A stretch of DNA of 57,868 nucleotides, counting the filler, from Sphacelaria rigidula (taxonomy: Eukaryota): assembly GCA_964200075.2 (NCBI GenBank). It is 7 parts of 7 records of this genome, joined end to end, with 100 filler letters (N's around TTAATTAATTAA, not from the genome) between each part and the next. Parts side by side here need not be neighbours in the genome. Positions count along the whole stretch, not along the records: positions 49,689 to 57,868 come from CAXNAA020012001.1; 6 more parts are not named here. The stretch is one strand, 5' to 3'. The position numbers were made by a program, and so were the translations under genes. The number at the start of each line of letters is the position of its first letter. The first letter of the stretch is position 1. This document shows, one piece after another, positions 50,509 to 57,868 of this stretch. The notes under the pieces were generated by a model. That model saw nothing but the letters and a program-made list of their open reading frames with translations, made no database searches and had not been told where the DNA came from.

Positions 50509-50835
50509 GCCGATCGCTCCGGTGGCTCAACTGGTAAGCTCGAAACCTTCTGACGGTTGGGTCGTGGGTTCGAATCTTGATGCGATCCGTGATATTTTTC
50601 CATCCCCAACAAAATGCGACTTAATGGTCGACGAGGGAAAGGGGACTGCTGAGCCCCCCTCGCGATAAGAAATAGAGGCACGTTCCGCAGAAGGAAGGTG
50701 GAGACCTAAAACAAAACAAAAACGAAAAAAATCTGTCTTGACCTTCCTCCTGTGTGACCCCGGCTGTTGCGCCCACACATACCAAAAGGTGTAGATCGGC
50801 GTCCGGAATAGATGAGACGACAACACACATACATT
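50509..50835 (+). mobile_element. tRNA-derived SINE, apparently full length, in a ferlin intron
   Basis: A box TGGCTCAACTGG (50523-50534), B box GGTTCGAATC (50567-50576), conserved body, CA-rich tail. Confidence 0.85.
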
Positions 50836-50873
50836 CCTCAGGATAACCTTCGCAATGACATATGTACGGTCTC

Positions 50874-51107
50874 CCCCCGTCATGTGAGCGGGGTACAATG
50901 TCGATCTGATGAACACACCAACGGAGCGGCAGGTCTGCTTTTTGACGGCCGACTTTCGACGCCCACGGGGATGAATCGTGGCAATCGCCGGGTTGCACCC
51001 CCGTCATGTGAGCGGGATACAAGATCGACCTGATAAACATACCAACTGTGCGGCAGACCCACCTTTTGACCCCGACGAGGATGAATTCTGGCAATCGCCA
51101 GGTTGCA
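50874..51107 (+). repeat. Two tandem ~124-bp units upstream of the LINE relic
   Basis: CCCCCGTCATGTGAGCGGG...GGCAATCGCCRGGTTGCA starts at 50874 and at 50998. Confidence 0.85.
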
Positions 51108-51109
51108 CC

Positions 51110-52990
51110 TGCAAGTGCAGCGGCAATGCCAGCATCCCGTCTCGTGAAGCGCGGTGAACGCAGCCCTAAGGCTCGGTACCGTCGCTCACCCAGGAGTATG
51201 ACCTTGGTTCGGCCAGGAGGGAGACAGATGACCAGACGAGCAGGGGCAGGGCTGGACCCCAGGCGAGAGGTTCAAGGCAAGTACGGGAATAACACGGGCA
51301 AATCACCCAGTATTGATTCTACATGAACAAACGGAAACAGTTGGGAACATTTGGAGAAGGGTAAGGCCGGGACAAGGAGAAGAAAAACAAGGGGCTCGGA
51401 CAAAACAGGTGGCAGCCGTGGAAGACTTGAACACAGGAGGTTCGGATAGGCACCTGGAACGTGCGCACAATGACCATTGACGGAATGGACGGGGTCGGCC
51501 ATGCAAACATGCTGACGATTGGTGTTGATAAATTTGGCTCTGGCACCGTTGGGCTCCGAGGGACTAAGCGTCCTAGACGCACCATCACACCCACAGCTGG
51601 ATAAAATGCGTTACTCGGCAGAAAAAAGGAAAGCTCGGTCCGGCACAGACTTTGTCTGAAAGCCGTGTTTTGGGAAGGCCAAAGTGTTGGTCAAGTACAT
51701 CAGCGGACGAATGATGAAGACACGAATTCGAAGGACAGACACGGGCATTTAGCTGACCTTCATTGTGAGATGCGATCCTACCGAATGCGCGGCCTTGGGC
51801 GCCAAATGCACGTTCTGGACCGAGCTGAAAAATGCCACGGCACAAACATAGCTCGACCAATACCGCCTTTCCCTACGGATGGATGCAAACACCCCCACTG
51901 GGGAGCGAGATAGCTCCAGTAGCAACGTGGTGGCTGCCTACCGCCACGAGGTACATAACAACGAGGACACCGTGCCCATACGATATGCGGAGGACAGAAG
52001 ACTCGTCGCCGTCAACTCCTGCTTCAGCACGCGCAATTGAGGCCGATCCCACACGTTCGAAGAGGTGGAACCGCTGGCGACAAGGTGTCCACTCGACTAA
52101 GCACTGATACGCCAAGTAGACTGCCGTTCTGCACGAACCACATGTGTAGACGAAGTAGCGAAGGAGAATTGCGATCGTCCAATCGTGCACGTGTCGACCT
52201 GGCTAATGAAGGCTATCAACTGCCGGAAGCACGATCGCGCCAACGGATGTAAAAGCATAATACCGCTGAAACCGCAAACAGCTCACGGATCAACCCGGCT
52301 AGGCGGAGGTGGCCGCACCATCGGGGCAAGTTTGTTCGACCGACCACCTCGCAACTACTCTCACGATCGGCAGCTTGACCACTATTCCACCGATACCGAA
52401 TATATCGCAGCGAGCGAAGTAGTTCCACCGGCACCGAGAGACAAACGCCGAACTCGGCTGGTGCGACCCCGACACACAAGCGCATGTTGAGGCCGCATGA
52501 GAAGTGAGGTATGACGCGTGGAAAGTCGCAGAGGTCGCCCGAACGAGTGCACTACCCCAGAAAAAGGACGGTCTTCGCGGTCGACGTACTACGTGAGCAG
52601 CCGAAGGAAATTGTAGTCAGAGTATATGTGGACAACCACGCCAAACACGCGGAACGTATCCAAGCCCGAGGCGACTAAAGCAATGTATATGCGCACCGCA
52701 AAGAGATCAAGGGTATTGCAATCCAAACGCATGAAGGGCGAAGAGAAACACTCGCTGAGAGACCCGGAGGACACCCTCAAGAGGTTGTGTAGATACTTCC
52801 ACGAGCTACTGAGTATGAAGGCGAGCACCACTGACCCCGTCACGGTGACGAGGATCCCACATCCCCCACTCCAGACGTCGCTCGCCGCTGCGGCTAACAA
52901 CCAAGGAGACCAGATACGCCGTGGGTGTGCCCGCGAGTGGAAAGACGGAGGCCATGCGCATGCCTGCATACACCAAATAGTGGACACCCA
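51110..52990 (+). mobile_element. Degenerate RTE-like LINE (endonuclease-to-RT region) in a ferlin intron
   Basis: LRDPEDTLKRLCRYFHELLSMKASTTDP resembles the conserved pre-RT motif of RTE ORFs; upstream remnants are weakly endonuclease-like; boundaries approximate. Confidence 0.55.
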
Positions 52991-53599
52991 ATAGACATCA
53001 GAGCAGCATCAGGGCAGCGGGGGCACGCCCGACCAGAGACATTTGTGTCCCTAGGGACCTCCGCCGACGGAACGGTCCACGTTACCTCCGAGCTTAAATG
53101 TCGGATCCGACTTGCCTGACTGGCGCCTTAACGTGTGCTTGGGTTACTAACTGTTTCCCTGCCTAGTGTTCCCTGTGCATACCTCTACGACGTCCCCCGC
53201 GGCGTCCTGCTTCTTGCTCACACATTGAAATACTGGTATAACAGCCTTTGTGTATATCCGAAGCCCAGTAACACCCTGTTTTCCCATGTATCGACCGAGG
53301 GTGAGCAATAGACAACGAAGCCTGACCAGTCATGTTAATCTAAGCAAATATGGTATGGACATATCCGGGTGCCCCTACACACGATGAACGAGTCCGGGGA
53401 TTCATCTTGCCTTTTCGAGTAGTCTCGGGATTCACCCCATTCATGTGTTGATGTACAATCGCTGCTTTATTGTCTCACTTAATTTTTCCTGCGCGAGCCG
53501 CATTTTACCTACCGTCCATCTGAAACGCCTGACTGCTCCGTCTCTTTTCTAAGCCGAGGGTACTTTGCGGTACTGTACGCGTCTCTTTTTCATTCGCAG

Positions 53600-53751
53600 G
53601 AGTTGTGGCTGCCTGTCATGGTACCGACGCACTCCACCTCTATTGACTTGTCCGTATGGCACAAGGAGATCACAGGACGCGAAGTCATTGCCCACTCTTA
53701 CTTCGACTTCTCCGAAGCGCCGGAGATGCCTGAAAGGCCAGCGGGGAAGAG
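53600..53751 (+). CDS. Ferlin-family protein exon
   Basis: ELWLPVMVPTHSTSIDLSVWHKEITGREVIAHSYFDF...PAGK(R); cag| and |gtaagg boundaries; phase 0 in, phase 2 out. Confidence 0.85.
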
Positions 53752-55267
53752 GTAAGGCCTGTCGAAACGAAAATAGAGTTTCGACTTGAAAAATTTCATG
53801 TAAAGTCAGTCGTCAGACGGTTTGCTTCTTTCCCTAAAATCGTGAGTTCGTTTTCCATTCCCGGCTTTGTGCGTTCTATGTTTTGTTGAGTCTAGCGTCA
53901 TTTTCCGCGGGCGGCCTTTTTCTTTTTTCTTTCTCAATTTTGCGTTTTTTTCCGCTGACATCGGAAAGGGGGAGATTTGAGCGCTCGAGAGAGTGCTACT
54001 ACAGTCGCGGTCCTGAACCAAACACTTAGCACGTTGAGTTCGCGCTAATGTTTTCGTCAACCAAGGGCAATTTTATGACCACGTCCAACATGGTTCCCCA
54101 GAGGGGTGAGCTCCTTGGGACAGCAACCCACAGTCAGTACGGAGTCTCGCACTCGGAATGAAGTAGAACATTTCAACACCCTCCCTTGAGTAGCACGTTG
54201 ACAGCCACACGTTGGTTTCTTGCATGTGCATGGATATAAGAGTATCATATTTGGGTCCGCTCCAGCTATATACATATATATGTAGTCTAGACAAATCTAT
54301 ATAGATCAAGATCAGACCCTGGCTGCAGAATTCTTTGTGGGTGTAGAGTGGTTCTTGACGTCTTGAGCTGAACAGCGGACTTTGCAGTAAAGGCACGAAG
54401 CATTTACGCGTGGAAAAAATAACGTGCAATGTGCGTTTTTGAAAAACAACGGTATGAGGCGGAGTCCCAAAAAATGGCCATTCATCAAATCGGTTCCCGT
54501 TGTGTTAAAAAAACGGTCCGTGGTTCAGGTTTGGTGGATTCTCTGTGATTACGCCGGATGGTGTCTGACTGAAAAATAACTAAATATTCGGGGCGTTTTC
54601 CGTATGAGTGTTGACATCAATGTGTGCTCGGGGAGGGTTGGCTGGATGGTCATCATCTCAGGTCTCGATCGTTGAAAGCAAGGAAGTCTCCGATCTTGAA
54701 AAACAAATTCATAAATATCTGATATTTTAACAATACACTGTGTTTCATAGTGCGATGTTCCAAGTGACACATGTTCTTGGGCATGAAACGAGTCAGAAAC
54801 GAATGTCATGCTCCAAGGCCGTGCCCAATGAATATAATGGATCTCATCTGTTTTTACCCGCGGTTTCCAAGCCAACCATCGAGCACCACCGTGCTTCACA
54901 GCCTTGGATAAAAAAAGTAACAGGAGGGATCTCATCTGTTTCAGTCCACAGCTTCCGAGCCTACCACTATTCGACCCCTTGTGTCACCTGCTATCCACGG
55001 GTGGATATATCAAGCGGTTCGCTACGGCTTCGGGCGGAAGACCGACAGCGCGGGGGCGCGGGGCATCGGGGGAGGACAGGCGGGTAGGAGGACAACGCTC
55101 GGGTTTGGCAGGAAATACTGTCTGACGAATTTGGTTTCGTCTTCGTCTCGCAACACAATCCCGGGACATTCCGGATCAAAGCAATGATTGAAGACATGTA
55201 AAATCGAACTCACAGGTGGCAGGCATGGAGGTGGGATATCACCATCCCACCCCCACCCCTCCCCGTT

Positions 55268-55520
55268 CGTCTCTGGAAGTGGCGATACCAGAAGATGAAG
55301 CAACTCATTCGAGGCTGTCATCCAAAAGCAAGATAATCAGTTCGCTTAAGGCCGAACAATCTTAGCAGGATGCAGCTCACCCTTCATGCGACTCGCCGAA
55401 CTCATTACGGCACCTCGCGTTTGGTGGTTGATTGCGAACCTGGTCCGTCGAGAACCCGGCTTTGCAGGGATGCGAGGTCAATGCTCATATGACTACCGCA
55501 TGCAAGATCATGAGTACACC
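55268..55520. repeat. Family B interspersed repeat copy
   Basis: Homologous to 35561-35841. Confidence 0.85.
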
Positions 55521-55601
55521 CGCCCCCCATCCCCTGCCCCCCCATTCGCCAGTGTACATATGCACCTTATGAAGACATATAATTATGATTATTTGGTGCG
55601 G

Positions 55602-56231
55602 AGTCATCCTACGATAGACGGGGGGGGGACTCGATTGCACGAAAAAAATGGCTCATTGGTGTGTCAGACGACTCGCCACACTCGCGGTGCGCTTGAATTT
55701 GGTTCAAAACGGGGTCAAGCAGTATGAATGATACTAATAGTATATATAGAATATTTCGAACTCACGAGCGTGAAGCATACTTTGCAACGAGGCGTCCACG
55801 AGACTTAATGCTGATTTTAGTGTGCAGGTTCCTCCGCACCCGCCCCGGGAAATGACTGTTTGGGGCAATGCCAATGCTAGGGGTCCGGTTACGGATTCGT
55901 ACTTTACTTTGTGCGGGGGTACACATGCGCTCGCGACCGTTCGAACAGACGCGCGATCGCGGTGGTCCTGCAATATTTCCGGCTGGCATGAACATTTCGA
56001 GAGAGGGTCTTTTCTCACGAGGGCGTGGCAAGGCAAGAATACCGAGACCCTCGAAAAAGACGGACGGGACCGGGGCGCAGTCCCGGGTCCCGTACGGCTT
56101 GTATATATATATATATATATATATGTAAGAAGCTCGTTCGAGCGGCCTTTGCTGCTTTCAACGACGATTTCACTTGAAATTTCGTGCAAGAAGTGGCCCG
56201 AAATACCCCTCCCCCCTATCGGAGGATGACT
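55602..56231. mobile_element. MITE, family A, longer copy in a ferlin intron
   Basis: TIRs AGTCATCCTACGATAG and CTATCGGAGGATGACT (1 mismatch) with adjacent G and C runs. Confidence 0.75.
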
Positions 56232-56307
56232 TTGCGATCAAAGTAGCAACGACAACGGTCGGCTCTACATGCCCCACACTGATGCTGCAACGAGCAATCG
56301 CGAGCAG

Positions 56308-56523
56308 GTCTGGGCTGTTCGGCCGACGAAAAAAGGAATACCCGGGGCCGAGGCCAAAGTGGGTGAACCTGTACGGAGCTCCGACGGGCAAGGGAAGAGG
56401 TCGCGAAGCCGAAATGATGAACAGGTATCCCAGTCGAGGCTCTTCCTATCGTGGCCGGCTGCTGGTCTCCATGAGAATCGAGACACATCCGCCGGCTAAG
56501 CTCGGGAATCGCGCAAGACGAAG
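56308..56523 (+). CDS. Ferlin-family protein exon (end of C2C-like domain)
   Basis: PKWVNLYGAP...MN...GSSYRGRLLVSM matches the ferlin NLYGSP...G-x-A-YRGRLL motif; phase 2 acceptor cag|; the 3' boundary assumes a GC donor. Confidence 0.85.
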
Positions 56524-57868
56524 GCGAGGCGGAAGGGGATGCATCGTACTCACTAGTACTCTTTACATAACCCTGCTTCACTTGATTGATTATTTGATTG
56601 ATTGTCGCACTTTAACTGAACCTCCAGGGGTCTAGGCATGGTCAAATTATTACAAATATATATATATATATATATGAAGCAATTGTCCCAATTTTTCCGG
56701 CTGCAATTGATGTAAGCGTACTGCTGACAGTGACTGATTGTGGTCTGGTTGAAAGAAGCTCGGGAGACGATAGGAATTGTGAAAAAAAATGGCCTGAAAT
56801 TCAAATGAATCGTTGCGGGAACGCAAATTTCGGCGCTCTTTCCAATTTTACACGGATAAAAGAAAGTAAAGGGGGGAGATTTCCCCCCCCCCAAAAAATA
56901 CGGGGCAGAGAAAAGGAAACGCTGCGGAACCCGCAAGTAGGCACGAGAGCACATGAATCGGCGGATCTGAAAACATTCAGGTCTATAAATAAAACAGTCT
57001 AGAGCTAAATCACTAAACCGATGTTTCAGTTCATAATTGTTTTTGTGCCTTCTCAGTCAGGTCTTCGAGGGTACCAGGAGTATTGCAACCATCGAGTAAA
57101 GTCCAGCGAATCTGTCGTTGCCCCGGGCCGCAAAAATGATTGATCAGTGACCTGGGCCTGCATAAGAAAGCAACCGTCTAACGCCCGTCTGTCAAAAACA
57201 TGAGAACCGGCGGGCTTACCTTGGGCTAAGACCCACTGGCGAGGTGGCTATGCCCACAGATATTTAGCCAACACGCTAAATCTCGCGGGCGTGGAAGCTG
57301 CACTCGCAACAGCATGCAGACGATGAAGAGTGACTTCGCATACTTTCGCCGTCGCCCACACCGCTTTGTCTATCAACACGTCTGATCAATGCGTTTTTCC
57401 CCCCTATACTTCGAGATATTTGTTTTGGAAATATGTGCCCCCTCCACCCCCCCTCCCCGCACAACAATGGTCGAACGACTAAGGCAAGCAACAAATAAGT
57501 ACGCCCCCCCCCCCCACCCCCCTCTGCTCCGTCTCGAAAGGGATGCGTGGTCAATGGTCACACAACTAAGGCAAGCAACAAATGAGTACGCCCCCCCCCC
57601 CCTATTGGCCTGGTCCGGCGAGAGCCCGGCGTGCTCCGTCCCGGCTTCGTAGGGGCGGACCCCCGATGGAGTTGGCGTCGGCTGGCGATAGCGCTATACA
57701 ACACGCCACTCCCTGCGTAAGCTAGGCAGCCAGGTTACTGTTTTTTTGCGCGCTTGCGTTTTTTCTTGCGGTAACCATGATGGTAGTCGAGCTAGATCAT
57801 ATTGTGCGGTGTGGGAGAACCTCAACTCCGCACAATGGGGATGATCGTACTGTAGTGTTTAAATAGTG

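Noticed and set aside
50509-50590. tRNA gene
   Set aside because: A and B boxes are present but there is no complete cloverleaf, and it continues into a repeated SINE body
50906-50960. CTGATGA hammerhead core in the tandem monomer
   Set aside because: No downstream GAAA, and the second unit reads CTGATAA
56174-56307. N-terminus of ORF 56174..56635 as coding sequence
   Set aside because: It begins inside a MITE end and intron; the exon starts at the 56308 acceptor
1-57868. A functional gene cluster combining the recombinase, ParB-like gene, carrier, lumen protein and ferlin
   Set aside because: They lie on different contigs joined artificially

Overview
Eukaryotic, intron-rich, repeat-rich DNA, most likely from a stramenopile such as a brown alga (inference from the spliced genes, the plastid-lumen-type protein and the transposon families). 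The window is not one locus. It is seven contigs of 8182, 8182, 8181, 8181, 8181, 8181 and 8180 bp, sorted by length and joined by an identical 100-bp N44-TTAATTAATTAA-N44 linker, so adjacency across linkers means nothing. Contig 1 holds the last three exons of a minus-strand low-complexity protein gene plus MITEs. Contig 2 holds relics of an RTE-like LINE, a tyrosine-recombinase element and possibly a CACTA element. Contig 3 holds decayed Copia and Gypsy LTR retrotransposons. Contig 4 is the most interesting: a spliced, partly decayed gene with a ParB/Srx-like N-terminal domain lies head-to-head with a Cys-motif, transposase-like ORF, a candidate two-gene DNA transposon. Contig 5 holds a hAT fragment and four exons of a mitochondrial 2-oxodicarboxylate-type carrier. 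Contig 6 holds tRNA-derived SINEs and three exons of a thylakoid-lumen-type protein. Contig 7 holds three exons of a ferlin C2 region, with a SINE, a LINE and a MITE in its introns. Most entries in the ORF track are spurious. Family assignments come from motif recognition, not from database searches.
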